Below are positions 48,401 to 58,399 of a DNA stretch of 64,000 nt, one piece after another (position 1 is the first letter of the stretch; each line of letters begins with the position of its first letter). A model generated the notes under the pieces. It had not been told where the DNA came from and made no database searches. It saw nothing but the letters and a program-made list of their open reading frames with translations. The stretch is taken from IMG/VR virus record IMGVR_UViG_3300022555_000030, positions 24,295 through 88,294 of that record; one strand, written 5' to 3'. The stretch comes from a virus. Its lineage: Duplodnaviria; Caudoviricetes. The position numbers were made by a program, and so were the translations under genes.

Positions 48401-48787
48401 TCCAGTACTATACCCACGAAAATCCATATCGACTGGTGAAGCATAGGCAAATTCAAGTAAATGATCTTTTGCTTGTATTTTTAATGTAGGACCATTGCCA
48501 TCAGGGTCATTATCAGAATCACAAAATTCTACACGACCTAAAAATGATACTTTGCCAGTATCACCTTCAACAATTAATATTCTTCTGAAATTAGTGTATC
48601 TACCATATGTACCATCACCATTATATACAGTTTGTTTAGAATGGTCATGATCTTCAATAATAACTTCTGCCCAGCGAGGCTGGTTAACAGTATCAATAAT
48701 ATGATGACGTATTACATCTGCCTCTAACTGCCAGTCGCCAGAGCCTACTTGCGCTAATTCATAATATATTTTACTTGGTCTAGACAT
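45419..48787 (-). CDS. Tail hub/baseplate (Tal-like) protein with repetitive C-terminus
   Basis: Position after TMP and Dit; repeated GISIxAG...L.L.S units. Confidence 0.65.
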   Translation of the reverse strand: MSRPSKIYYELAQVGSGDWQLEADVIRHHIIDTVNQPRWAEVIIEDHDHSKQTVYNGDGTYGRYTNFRRILIVEGDTGKVSFLGRVEFCDSDNDPDGNGPTLKIQAKDHLLEFAYASPVDMDFRGYSTGSIFATIAQYYRYAELHLSSYSGSFTPGNYILAPYTGFSGNGMAKITFWDEDSKTLGITDVVDMYSYDPFNMAFMAGNTVTEYLCDPDTKIINADPDTGCTTNTGVISLTNGYFYTINLSDVHGASSAYYGNFRNNSQSALRILQQIATQVDRADFYVDNSDSEELIYSESLGWYIGSEFVPVNMHYIPRNEKVSYMKPLILGYDVTETDYPTVITYNADYSFPTPEKERNSIIQVESVTDSSTKIMGQSFNTDIPKNYKINKRLYTQNNDTVATEQLNEQASYIGSKVNYSTQRGTIRINKYPAYYDTDEEWHILRAGDVVTVYNSRLETVDDKPMMVISIDYEESPGIATIELVGMYYNFDLGEWTTAGLASNQNEYGSPDNTGVKDITQPIDARIISTIGSTGGGSGIPLSTIEAKGDLVIGTGAGAVTRLDSGTVADRVLINDGSGNISWGSASGTGMTKLEQDSNPTLGGILNCDNYQIGNNTVVINAGYSSSIIPTHDDSVSIYGLSGIKLMSGYSVDDIAGDIKLTTYGSIIQECTYGIVLKAGGVASVPIENELTLQSVGNIKINPDGFVYLYNTLLQTNLDANSVYRITNLAHPIYEHDAIIQTEIITESALEYVINNYVGALHSLYDDDSPMLSTTLDTNGQAIATTEQYMTIMVDNELGNLYLHAPVIDIYNDDGRIQINSYDGKCYLDTDTCQIGNNSIVINAGCAVETPISNKIRIRAASDIDIYAFNHIYESTASSYGISIKAGGSATTPASGVLLLSAADSISLLSDKAIYATSASGYGISLYAGSTPLSIPSNDITFEAVNDITLHPTVDVNITPHGNVDIIPGGAITLHPASYTFIYHGALSTDFATNGNQIYSSASQDLTISSGGLGTTPGTSGILRLESNNYLGISSASNFGISINAGALTGYNFYNNILSLYGKNGIYLFTSDPSYSIQIFNNLNLYDSNNDVNRDILNGGTINGNNGIFSTRLKIPVGSNMYS

Positions 48788-49481
48788 CTTGTGTTGTCAC
48801 CGCAAAATCTAATTTAAAAGAATATCTATCTTCTCTGCCAGCATCAGCAGAATATTGAATATTTTTTGGATAGCCATAATATGTTCCAGAAAGAGTAGTA
48901 AGATATAATTTACCACTTGTATACCAATATACGGATGCTTGTTTTAGTCTATAGAGAGTCACAAATGGGAGAGATACTAATGCAGAACGTCCTGTGTAAC
49001 TAGTACAAGCTTCATCTTCATATTCCCCTACTGCTTCACTATGGACAAAAAAGAATTTATGATAATCACCATATCCTGAATCTATAGATGTTACATCTAA
49101 CATTATACGAGCATAATTTGAATCAATCATTTGGAAACTTTTAATTTGCCCTCTAGGTCTGTATGTTCTAGTAGGATTTATAGTTTCTGTAGAATAATCA
49201 CCTATACCAGAAAATCCTAATAAATAATTCCCTGGAGTAAAATTACTAGTAGGTTGCCAAACTATAAGTTCTGTTATATATGAATCTACTATCCCTGTTA
49301 AAGATATTGTAGGCTGTGCCCTACCTAAATCAAGACCAAATAATGTTCTGCCTGGCAATGATATTACAATAGGACTTCTTGATTGAGATTCAGATTCATT
49401 CTCAACTTTTAATGTTAAATTGTCAGAAAGATGAGGATAAGCTAATGGCCATTCTGATATGAATGTCTGTAACATTGTCAT
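48780..49481 (-). CDS. Distal tail (Dit)-like protein
   Basis: Position after TMP; ISLTG and YSFKLDF beta pattern. Confidence 0.55.
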   Translation of the reverse strand: MTMLQTFISEWPLAYPHLSDNLTLKVENESESQSRSPIVISLPGRTLFGLDLGRAQPTISLTGIVDSYITELIVWQPTSNFTPGNYLLGFSGIGDYSTETINPTRTYRPRGQIKSFQMIDSNYARIMLDVTSIDSGYGDYHKFFFVHSEAVGEYEDEACTSYTGRSALVSLPFVTLYRLKQASVYWYTSGKLYLTTLSGTYYGYPKNIQYSADAGREDRYSFKLDFAVTTQDV

Positions 49482-49486
49482 TTATT

Positions 49487-50374
49487 TTAATTTCTCCTGG
49501 CAACACTAGTTAAGTTATTAGATACTTGTTTTCCAAGCATTGATGACAGATAATTAACATCCGAAACATTGCCTAATTCAAGATTATTCTGAATATTAAA
49601 TGTTATTGGAGCATCATTTTTATTAATATTAGATGCAGAAGATTTATCTGACATTAAATGATAACTTCTTAATAATTCTTTACCTATATTTTCAGCAAAT
49701 TGTCCTATAAAAGATCTTTGTGGGTCATAATTAGAAAAAGTTTGGGCACCTTGTGTAATAGGAGATGCCATTATACTTGCAGCACCAGAAAGTTGCTTGC
49801 CAACCATTATAGGCCCACCAGATTTTCCTATTATCCAATTAATACTATCCACTAATGCTTTAATAATTATTCCTAATTGATCGAACATGGGCTTAAGTAA
49901 GGGTGCTATTTGCTCTATTACTTCTATAATTAAAGGTATTGAAGTCTCTACCAAAGGAATAAGTGCATCTATAATTGGTGTTATTAGTTGGTCAAATAAA
50001 TCCATAAGGACAGGCATTAATGGTGCTATTTTCTCAAATATTTTAGCGAATAAAGGCATAGATGGAATTAAGAACATATCTACTACTGCACCAACAATAT
50101 CCAATATCCCATTCAATACAGCATTAGCAGCTTGCGAGTATTTAGCTAATACAGATAATAGTCCTCCACCAGCAAGGAATTTTGTAGTATTATTAATTCC
50201 TTTGTCTATATTCTCATAAAATTTTAATGCTTTCTTTTCATTTGTAGTGCCACCAGCGGTTCCTGCACTAGATTGTCCAGAACTAGGAGAAGTGCCACCA
50301 GCAGAACTACTACTAGTCTGGCTATTAGATTCTATTATTAATTTAATTACACCAGATAAATCATCTTGAGGCAT
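49487..50374 (-). CDS. Short tape measure protein
   Basis: Follows the frameshifted chaperone; amphipathic LxPLxD/ExxP helices. Confidence 0.7.
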   Translation of the reverse strand: MPQDDLSGVIKLIIESNSQTSSSSAGGTSPSSGQSSAGTAGGTTNEKKALKFYENIDKGINNTTKFLAGGGLLSVLAKYSQAANAVLNGILDIVGAVVDMFLIPSMPLFAKIFEKIAPLMPVLMDLFDQLITPIIDALIPLVETSIPLIIEVIEQIAPLLKPMFDQLGIIIKALVDSINWIIGKSGGPIMVGKQLSGAASIMASPITQGAQTFSNYDPQRSFIGQFAENIGKELLRSYHLMSDKSSASNINKNDAPITFNIQNNLELGNVSDVNYLSSMLGKQVSNNLTSVARRN

Positions 50375-50564
50375 CTTCTATATCCTCTGCTTGTTTTTCT
50401 AATATTGCAAATATTAAAGCTATTTCGGATGTGCTCATGTCAGCAATTGAATCTCTTGAATATCCTATCTTTATTAATGTTAACTCAATACTTTTTCTTC
50501 GTATTAAGAAGTTTAACCATACATCTTTTAACGGATTATCAATTACTGACTTGATTCTTTTTTT
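50361..50564 (-). CDS. -1 frameshift extension (gpT-like) of the tail assembly chaperone
   Basis: Slippery A7 run (minus strand 50564-50558); the -1 frame is open (KKRIKSVIDNPLKDVWLNFL...EDASR*) into the TMP start. Confidence 0.8.
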   Translation of the reverse strand, partial: KKRIKSVIDNPLKDVWLNFLIRRKSIELTLIKIGYSRDSIADMSTSEIALIFAILEKQAEDIEDASR

Positions 50565-50893
50565 AAGTCATCTACTTCCTCTCCGAAAGGAGATTGAATA
50601 TTTGCTTCAATAAGCATAGCAAAACCAGATTTAGCCCTTTTCAGAATCATTCTAGTCTTTGATAATTCCCAAGGAGCTTCCATTAATGCTTTTTCAAGAT
50701 ATGAAATCATATATTCTGCTTTATCTATACGAGTACCAGATTTATCAATTATTACACATTTTGATATTAAATCTGAAATAGATACATAAGGTAATTCTTT
50801 AATTTTAAATTTAAAATCGGCTCCTTCCCATTGAATTGCAAATTCTTTAGTAGAATTATCACTTACTAGGATACTTGACAAATCTCTTTCCAT
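50543..50893 (-). CDS. Tail assembly chaperone (gpG-like)
   Basis: Between tail tube and TMP; slippery site near its 3' end. Confidence 0.8.
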   Translation of the reverse strand: MERDLSSILVSDNSTKEFAIQWEGADFKFKIKELPYVSISDLISKCVIIDKSGTRIDKAEYMISYLEKALMEAPWELSKTRMILKRAKSGFAMLIEANIQSPFGEEVDDLKKESSQ

Positions 50894-50918
50894 AATAGAG
50901 CACCTTCCTTTTCATTTA

Positions 50919-52064
50919 TTATATAGGATAACCAGCTCCAGTATTTTTATCCTTAATTACTACTTTTAATGTAGGAAATATCATTTCTACACGAGTGCTA
51001 ACAACACTATCACGGACAATAGGATGTGATGCTCTTAATATCATTGCACCTTGTTCACCAACAGCACCAGTAAAATTAGCGCCAGGTATAGTAAATTTAA
51101 TATAATCATCTGCATCATTAAGTCTTGAAAATGTAATTTCTAATGATATACCCTTAAAAACACTATCAGCAGTATCAACACCTTGGCGGAGTAAATCAAG
51201 AAAGAAATCATTTTTATTAAAGGAATCAGTAGATGTACTATCATAATCTACAAGATCTACCATCATCCCTAATTTGTAATCTCTTCTCCCTTCATATATT
51301 TGATAAGGCACCTTTTCATCACTTGTAGTCATATAATATTTGGGGTCAAGATTATTACTAACTTCAAGACTAAAATTTCTTATTGATTTTATAGTTTCAA
51401 TTACTGTAGTATCTTTTGCTAAATTAATACTAAAATTTGCTTTTGAGAAGTAGTATGGTTCTGTAGATGCTAAAACTGGTACTTGTTCTACAGCATATTC
51501 ATTATACCATGGAGTAATCTCTGCGGAAGTATTATCTTTATAATATGGCATTTTAAAAGCCATATCATCTAATGACATCGTTAATAAGCCACCTTCTTCA
51601 CATTTATAAGTAGCTCTATTAACTTTCCCGCCTACAAACCATCTAGTAAGTCCTGCGGCACCAGCAGTACTGCTGTTATCAAGATATGTAGCTGCAACCC
51701 TAAACGGTGAAAGATTTACAGTATCAGTAATTGTATGGGTATAATATGCAGTACTACCAACCTGTGCATGATCTATATCATTAGCAATAGGAAGGAATAT
51801 AGGATATCCATTTAATAATACAATATCAGGAATAGACCCTGAACATTTTGCGCGACCTTTATATGCCATAGAATAGCTTCTATTATTTGTATTCTGAAAC
51901 CAAAATGGCTGAAAATCAAACTCTGGGTCTGCAAGAGTTGCATCATCAAATACTCCAAATGAATGTACAGCGGTAGTACTTTCTGTTGGCGCTTCTCCAT
52001 AGTCTGATTCTATGCCATATGATAATTTCCAGCGTTCTCCACGATATAAATAATTATTCCCCAT
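50919..52064 (-). CDS. Major tail tube protein
   Basis: SYGIESDYG N-terminus; NFSLEVSNNL; synteny. Confidence 0.8.
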   Translation of the reverse strand: MGNNYLYRGERWKLSYGIESDYGEAPTESTTAVHSFGVFDDATLADPEFDFQPFWFQNTNNRSYSMAYKGRAKCSGSIPDIVLLNGYPIFLPIANDIDHAQVGSTAYYTHTITDTVNLSPFRVAATYLDNSSTAGAAGLTRWFVGGKVNRATYKCEEGGLLTMSLDDMAFKMPYYKDNTSAEITPWYNEYAVEQVPVLASTEPYYFSKANFSINLAKDTTVIETIKSIRNFSLEVSNNLDPKYYMTTSDEKVPYQIYEGRRDYKLGMMVDLVDYDSTSTDSFNKNDFFLDLLRQGVDTADSVFKGISLEITFSRLNDADDYIKFTIPGANFTGAVGEQGAMILRASHPIVRDSVVSTRVEMIFPTLKVVIKDKNTGAGYPI

Positions 52065-52065
52065 C

Positions 52066-52518
52066 TTATTGCTCCATCATGATTCTATTATTTTCAAGTG
52101 TGCAAGTAATATTCCCGCCCCACATATTAAATTGCTCTCTATTATATTCTGTAAATCCTGTATAACGTAATACTTGATAATCATCAAGCGAATGCTTTTG
52201 GTTATGTATAATCCTTCTAATTTCCTGTTTTAAATCATATAATCTCTGTCTTGATACTTTTGTAAATATTTGAAGTTCTACTCTATTTGTCCTATCAACA
52301 TAATACCATGAATCTCTCCATGTTTCCTCTTCCCCAGGAGTTCCTAATTGTATTAATATAGTATCACCTGTAAAGAGATCATGGCGTAAGGGTGTAACAC
52401 CATCATTAATATCTATTAATCGTGGTTTTGGTATTGTATTAGAATATGTTAGCCATTGTTCATCAAGAACTGTCTTAAGAACAAGAGTAGGCATTGGTTC
52501 AGCAGAATAAGTTGCCAT
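52066..52518 (-). CDS. Tail terminator/completion protein
   Basis: Size and position; VELQIFT...LYDLKQEIRRII. Confidence 0.6.
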   Translation of the reverse strand: MATYSAEPMPTLVLKTVLDEQWLTYSNTIPKPRLIDINDGVTPLRHDLFTGDTILIQLGTPGEEETWRDSWYYVDRTNRVELQIFTKVSRQRLYDLKQEIRRIIHNQKHSLDDYQVLRYTGFTEYNREQFNMWGGNITCTLENNRIMMEQ

Positions 52519-52521
52519 ATA

Positions 52522-53652
52522 TTACCATACCTCTATAGATCTTAATGATTCCATTTTATCTTCTGTTTCTATTTTCCAGTTTTCTATCTTCCTATCAAAG
52601 GGTACCCTGTCCGTACCCCCAACTGTAAATAAACTATAATCATGATTTGTATATAAATCAATTGCAGTTAACTTAGTAGCTATATCTTCTGCTATATATC
52701 CTTGCCCATCAGTTTCAAGATCTCTTCCCCATATATATGAAATCCTAACTGCATATGTAAATTCTCCTATACCCCATCCCCACCAATGAGGACCTGTAAA
52801 CGCAAGTCTTGCAGGCAACATAAAGAATCTTGAATAATATACTTCACCAGTGTCCGGGATAAAGAAATAATCATTAGTTCTTCCTAATGTCTTAGTTTCC
52901 ATCCCACCACCAGTCCATATTTCAAGCTTTATAATTTCAATAATAGGTTTTCGTGTTAATCTTTGCCCCATTAAATTAAATTCATGATATTCATCAAGTA
53001 CAAAATTATATTTCCATGATTTTTTTGTTCTATAGTCTATTTCATCTTGTTTTCTATGAATAATATCTTCTATTTGATTATATGTAGGAGTAGTTGCTTC
53101 AGTAAATTCTGGAAGGCTAAGAAGTGCCGCAACTTTTGTAGGTGTAGTATATCTAGCAATTGGATTACATCTAATTCTTTTAATTAAAGGATATCCACTA
53201 CTAACTGTAGCTGTCATTTTCATATAATATCTTGAACGGTTATCAGGGACTGCCTCAACGGCATGAGGAATAGTATCAGTGAATGCAGTAGATTTCCAAA
53301 ATGATAAATTTGGGAAGAAATCACCACCACTATAGCTATAATCATAACCTATTCGTGGTTGTATTCTAGTCCATAAATTACCAGTCCATATATAGTACTG
53401 AATATTCGAATAACCACCACCAGATACACCTTCAAATATTAATGAATCAAATCGTGATTCACTTCCAAAATATAATACATGCTCTGTCATAGTCAATACC
53501 GAAAATGAAGTAGAAGAATTTAAAGTACTTTGGGCAGATAATGTATAATCTTGATATGTAGAACCATCATATTCCCATACTGCTGTTAAATATGGAAGTT
53601 GAGTATATTCTTTTAATACATTAGTTGTTGGTATTTCTATTCCTACACCCAT
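52522..53652 (-). CDS. Head-tail adaptor with extra N-terminal domain
   Basis: YTTPTKV...IEDII...DEID...; YIWGR...AEDIATKL. Confidence 0.6.
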   Translation of the reverse strand: MGVGIEIPTTNVLKEYTQLPYLTAVWEYDGSTYQDYTLSAQSTLNSSTSFSVLTMTEHVLYFGSESRFDSLIFEGVSGGGYSNIQYYIWTGNLWTRIQPRIGYDYSYSGGDFFPNLSFWKSTAFTDTIPHAVEAVPDNRSRYYMKMTATVSSGYPLIKRIRCNPIARYTTPTKVAALLSLPEFTEATTPTYNQIEDIIHRKQDEIDYRTKKSWKYNFVLDEYHEFNLMGQRLTRKPIIEIIKLEIWTGGGMETKTLGRTNDYFFIPDTGEVYYSRFFMLPARLAFTGPHWWGWGIGEFTYAVRISYIWGRDLETDGQGYIAEDIATKLTAIDLYTNHDYSLFTVGGTDRVPFDRKIENWKIETEDKMESLRSIEVW

Positions 53653-53695
53653 ATATCATACCTCATATAATATAATTATATCAAATTAGAAATAT

Positions 53696-54268
53696 TTAAG
53701 ATACATTTTCAATATCTGGGTCAGTAAAGATATAACCAGACTTACTTCTAAAAATAAAATAATTACCCGGATCTAAATAACAAGATATTTTACCACTTGA
53801 ATCAGTAATACCTTTTGTTACAACTGATTTGCCTGCAGTATCCAAGCATACAGTAATATTCGCACCTTGGATTGGATATCCGGTATTAGCTTCTGTAAGA
53901 ATATATTCCCATAAATGCCCTAGACCCATTCCCTCGATAAAATATGAATATTGTATTTCTTTAGAATATTTTTCTTCTTCTAATAATTTAATAAAACAAC
54001 ATAATTTATTGCCTATAGGAATATTTCCAGGGATTAATAGTAGTCTATTACTATCTTTCTTTATTATCTTATTATAAAATATATTACTATTATTATTATC
54101 TATATTATATTTTAATATTAATTCTATATCTACTTCTATATTATTAAAATTAATCCATATACCTTCAAGAATATTACAAGATTCAGATTCAATACTAAAT
54201 AATAACTGCTCTTCTAATATAGAGGATATTTTAACTTTATCTTTATAATTTCGTAATATAATAGACAT
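53696..54268 (-). CDS. Structural protein with prealbumin/Cna-like C-terminal domain
   Basis: PIQGANITV...G.TDSSG...LDPGNY...KSGY.F. Confidence 0.6.
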   Translation of the reverse strand: MSIILRNYKDKVKISSILEEQLLFSIESESCNILEGIWINFNNIEVDIELILKYNIDNNNSNIFYNKIIKKDSNRLLLIPGNIPIGNKLCCFIKLLEEEKYSKEIQYSYFIEGMGLGHLWEYILTEANTGYPIQGANITVCLDTAGKSVVTKGITDSSGKISCYLDPGNYFIFRSKSGYIFTDPDIENVS

Positions 54269-57180
54269 TAATTAAACTTTGTATCTATACTAAATTCTGG
54301 GTATTCTCCAGCAGATATATTAAGTGATTTTTGATGTTTTATTGTATCTTCTTTCTCAGTAATATATAAAATCTTAATATTTAATTCTTTGTATATTTTA
54401 GTTAATATATCTAAATCTTGTATTAATGACACAAGAATATTTGTGTTATCATGCAGGTACATACTCCCCATAGTAATAGCCAAAATCCCTGCAATAGGAA
54501 TTATTTCTTTATTCCCACTATTATTTATTTCTGGTTTATAAGAAGTTAATATTAGCTCAGCATACGCTGGAGTTATTATCTCATTAAGTAATAGTTCATA
54601 AGAATTAATTATAATATATTTTGTTTTTGGTATAATACATGAATTAATAATTGGATAGTATGGAGTAATTATTAAAGAATTAGCTACTGATATTATCTCA
54701 TTATTAATGACTGGAATATACGGGATAGTATATAAAGAAGCATTAGACGGTTTTATTATTAAATTAATAATTGGGGTATAAGATGTTATAGTAATATTGT
54801 AATATGGAATAAATATCCCATTTTCAATAATAGGAGAATAAGAAGATATAATTAAATATTTATTAGCAGGTACAATATAATTATTTATAGTTTTAGAGAT
54901 TATTGGTTCATATTTAGTTATACTTAATATTGTATTACTAATATATCTATTATTACCATTAAGTATTAATGGTTCATATGCAGTAATAATTAATGATTTA
55001 TAATCAATATATATATTATTATTAATTATTGGTACATATGAACTTATAGATAATCCATAAGATATAGGTTCTATATCATTATCAATATTTTGTATTATTT
55101 GCGGATTATATAATGTTAATAATACAGTAACTTCAGGCACATAGATATTACTTCCAACTATTGGCGCATAAGATATTATAGATATAGAAGAATATATAGG
55201 AATTATATTATTTTTAATTATTGGCTCATATAATACAATAGATAATGATTTATTATTAGGTGTTAATCCTTTATTAATGATAGGAATATATTTAGTAATT
55301 AATAATTCTTTATATGGTACATTAATATTATTAATGATTATTGGATTATATGATGTAATAATTAAAGATTTATAAATTGGATTAATTCCATTATTTATTA
55401 TTGGAGTATATAAAGTTATAGATAAACTTGTATTTATAGACTTAATATTATTATTAAGTATAGGGGAATATTTAGAAAGACCTAAGTTATAATTTGCAGG
55501 ATATAAAATACTGGCAGAAGTAGTAAAAGTTTTTATAGCACCATTAGAAGAACCTATAGGCGAATTACCATATGCAATATAAGAATAAGTAGTAGAAGGA
55601 CTAAGATTAATTAAAGAACTATCAAAAGTATCTATATCATATTGAGGATTAGACCCTAATATAAATATTTCTGGCACTATTACTGGAGCATAGCCAGTAG
55701 ATGAAACTACTACTAATGCACCATCAGCATATGCACTAGCATAAGTTAAACTATCCGCTTCTACTATTAATCTTACTGTAATACCATTAACACTTGATAA
55801 ACTACTCCTTAATGACTTACTTACTGATAATAACTGCCATGTTGAATCGCCAGTATGATATGAACTATTTACAGTTTCATAAGTAGAATCATTATAATCA
55901 ATAATTTGTAACCGTATTCTATTCAAATTTGATGCATATACCCACATAGAAAAAGTAAGATCTTGGCCAGAATATAAATTAGAATTATTAGGCTGATGAT
56001 ATAACCATACACTTTTATCTATTTCTGCCCCTGGCCCTTCCCATTGATGTACATGTGCTACATAACTATTAAAAACATTTGAATTTAATATTATATCAGA
56101 AGAATAAATTGCTGCATCACTACCAGTTTGCCATGGGGTAGGATATGCAGACCATCCTATAGTATCATATTCGAATGATGTTGACTCAAGAATTTGTAAA
56201 GAATTGTCACTTCCATCAAATCCATGTATTTCGAATATAAAATCATTAGGGGAAATATCAAACCAATAAGGATCATAGCTATATAAAGCATATATATTGC
56301 CGCCAGAATAATCATTAGTAGATATTTCCCAAGCAACAGAAGTTCCTTGAACATCAGTACTAGAAGATAATACTATTGCATATAATGTACCGGCTGATAA
56401 AGTAACTTGAGTATTAAATATAATTTCATAAGGATAAAAATCCTCGGTAGATATACTAGAGATTGATATTTGCCCAGAACATAATATAGTACCTGAAGGT
56501 TTACCATCAATAGTAGTCTGTATAGAAGCAATCACATATGATGGATTTGGGGGCTCAAATCTTGCTAAATTACAAATTATATTTGTAATAGTAAAATCTG
56601 ATAAAGGAGTAAATGTCTGAGCCATGTATGTATCTTGTAAAACACCATGCCCAATAGCCCACCAATCATAATAACTTCCTGCATTACTTATTCTTGCAGA
56701 AATAGATGAGGGTAAACCTTTAGAATATATTACCCCTCTTGTATATAAATAACTACCGCCTATATCGGCAGTTTCTCCATTGCCAGTGGCTGAATTACCT
56801 GTAATTGTGTTTACTATTCCTGTAATATTTGTAGAGATATCAGGAGTAGTAATCCATTCTATACTACTCCAACCATCACCTGCACTATTTTCTGCAACAG
56901 CACGGATATAATATGTAGTACTAGGCAATAATCTCCCTAATTCATTATTCCACCATGAAGTATAATTGTCTGAGGGTATCCTAATAGTATAATTTCCTGT
57001 AGAATAGCCCGAACCATTATAATAATATGCATAATTATCTGCCCAATTAGGTATATTATTAGTAGAAGAAAAACATACACCAATATAAGTAACATCTGTA
57101 TCCCCCGTATCAGATAAATTAAAAGTTATAGTAGCAGGAGTTACAGTCGTTGAAATAATACTAATACTAGGTAAAGTCAC
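54268..57180 (-). CDS. Large virion protein: FN3 + carbohydrate-binding-like domains + repeats of about 20 aa
   Basis: LLPSTTYYIRA; LTFSMWVYA..HTGDSTWQLLSV; repeated L.I..Y.P.I.N units. Confidence 0.7.
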   Translation of the reverse strand: MTLPSISIISTTVTPATITFNLSDTGDTDVTYIGVCFSSTNNIPNWADNYAYYYNGSGYSTGNYTIRIPSDNYTSWWNNELGRLLPSTTYYIRAVAENSAGDGWSSIEWITTPDISTNITGIVNTITGNSATGNGETADIGGSYLYTRGVIYSKGLPSSISARISNAGSYYDWWAIGHGVLQDTYMAQTFTPLSDFTITNIICNLARFEPPNPSYVIASIQTTIDGKPSGTILCSGQISISSISTEDFYPYEIIFNTQVTLSAGTLYAIVLSSSTDVQGTSVAWEISTNDYSGGNIYALYSYDPYWFDISPNDFIFEIHGFDGSDNSLQILESTSFEYDTIGWSAYPTPWQTGSDAAIYSSDIILNSNVFNSYVAHVHQWEGPGAEIDKSVWLYHQPNNSNLYSGQDLTFSMWVYASNLNRIRLQIIDYNDSTYETVNSSYHTGDSTWQLLSVSKSLRSSLSSVNGITVRLIVEADSLTYASAYADGALVVVSSTGYAPVIVPEIFILGSNPQYDIDTFDSSLINLSPSTTYSYIAYGNSPIGSSNGAIKTFTTSASILYPANYNLGLSKYSPILNNNIKSINTSLSITLYTPIINNGINPIYKSLIITSYNPIIINNINVPYKELLITKYIPIINKGLTPNNKSLSIVLYEPIIKNNIIPIYSSISIISYAPIVGSNIYVPEVTVLLTLYNPQIIQNIDNDIEPISYGLSISSYVPIINNNIYIDYKSLIITAYEPLILNGNNRYISNTILSITKYEPIISKTINNYIVPANKYLIISSYSPIIENGIFIPYYNITITSYTPIINLIIKPSNASLYTIPYIPVINNEIISVANSLIITPYYPIINSCIIPKTKYIIINSYELLLNEIITPAYAELILTSYKPEINNSGNKEIIPIAGILAITMGSMYLHDNTNILVSLIQDLDILTKIYKELNIKILYITEKEDTIKHQKSLNISAGEYPEFSIDTKFN

Positions 57181-57300
57181 TCTACAATATCCCTTTTAAA
57201 TTGTGGGTTATTAACTGCAACAATACTTGCCTTTTTAATATCTACATACATAACTTATTACCTCTTTTCTCAAAGATATATTTATTAAGAAAAAGAGCTA

Positions 57301-57729
57301 CTAAGCCAATGTAAATGCACCATAAACAGCATTAGGAGATATTGTTAATGTATTGCCTGAAGTGGTAGTGACATCATTACCGCCTGAATCAAGAGTGCAA
57401 TAGCATAAAATATTACCAGATACTTCGTAAATTGCAGCAAATTTAGCCGTAAGATTAGCACTACCGGCAGTCCAGGTAACACTAGTAAATGTTACTATAA
57501 CAGTAGAAGTTCCAGTTTTAGATAAAGTAGTTGAAGCACCACCAGTAGAATATCCTGTATTACTTATACCTACCTCATTAGTAACTCCTGAATATGTAGT
57601 TGTAGAAGCACCTAAATTAGAAGATGAAGTAAATAATGCTATTTTATATGTATCACTACCAATAGCGGTTGTCCCATCAATTAAATATCCTCTCCCTGTA
57701 TTTGTAAATGTCCACGTTCCAGCAGCCAT
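57301..57729 (-). CDS. Small Gly/Thr-rich virion structural protein
   Basis: KIALFT...NEV...GYSTGG...VTWT pattern seen in phage tail modules. Confidence 0.7.
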   Translation of the reverse strand: MAAGTWTFTNTGRGYLIDGTTAIGSDTYKIALFTSSSNLGASTTTYSGVTNEVGISNTGYSTGGASTTLSKTGTSTVIVTFTSVTWTAGSANLTAKFAAIYEVSGNILCYCTLDSGGNDVTTTSGNTLTISPNAVYGAFTLA

Positions 57730-57755
57730 ATTATATTCCCCCTTTTATTTATTAT

Positions 57756-58061
57756 TTATATATCTTCTATTACTTGAAATTTACTAAGATTGCTAGTTAT
57801 CCTAGAATTATTTGTTGATCTAATAAAAACTTTCCAAATACCTGTATTCGAATCATCTTCGATACCATAATAAAATACATATTCCCCAGTAGAAACTTTT
57901 GAAGCTGTATCTCCTTCTTCTTGATTAGTGCACATATTATTACCCTTAGAATCAAAGATAAATACTTTTACATTATCAGGGTCATAAAGGCCGCCATCAT
58001 CGTCTTTAATAATGATTTTTATATCTACTGAATCACCACGATAATATTGTTGTATAGGCAT
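57756..58061 (-). CDS. BppU N-terminal-like Ig-fold protein
   Basis: YYRGDSV...D..G..YDP..V...TGEY. Confidence 0.6.
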   Translation of the reverse strand: MPIQQYYRGDSVDIKIIIKDDDGGLYDPDNVKVFIFDSKGNNMCTNQEEGDTASKVSTGEYVFYYGIEDDSNTGIWKVFIRSTNNSRITSNLSKFQVIEDI

Positions 58062-58399
58062 TCATTAATCTCCATATACTATTGCATATATATACATTAT
58101 ATAATATATTTTAATATTTTAATAAAAATTATTCATATGTACTAAAATTATAATTATTATTATACAGGGCATTCTTGGATATAGCCTGTTCTTAATGTGA
58201 TATCAGCATAAACTGCGCCACCGGTATATGGTTATACCGAGTGCTATAATGCCAAGGCCTATAAGTTCCATACCAGCACATCCTTACTGTATTAAAATAC
58301 AAATATAGAGCAAAGGAGTAACAGGATAAGTAATATGTTAAGTGTTTTTATCATGCTTTTAATTCTCCATTAAAGTTCTTGTCCTCTTCTATCCCCTTT

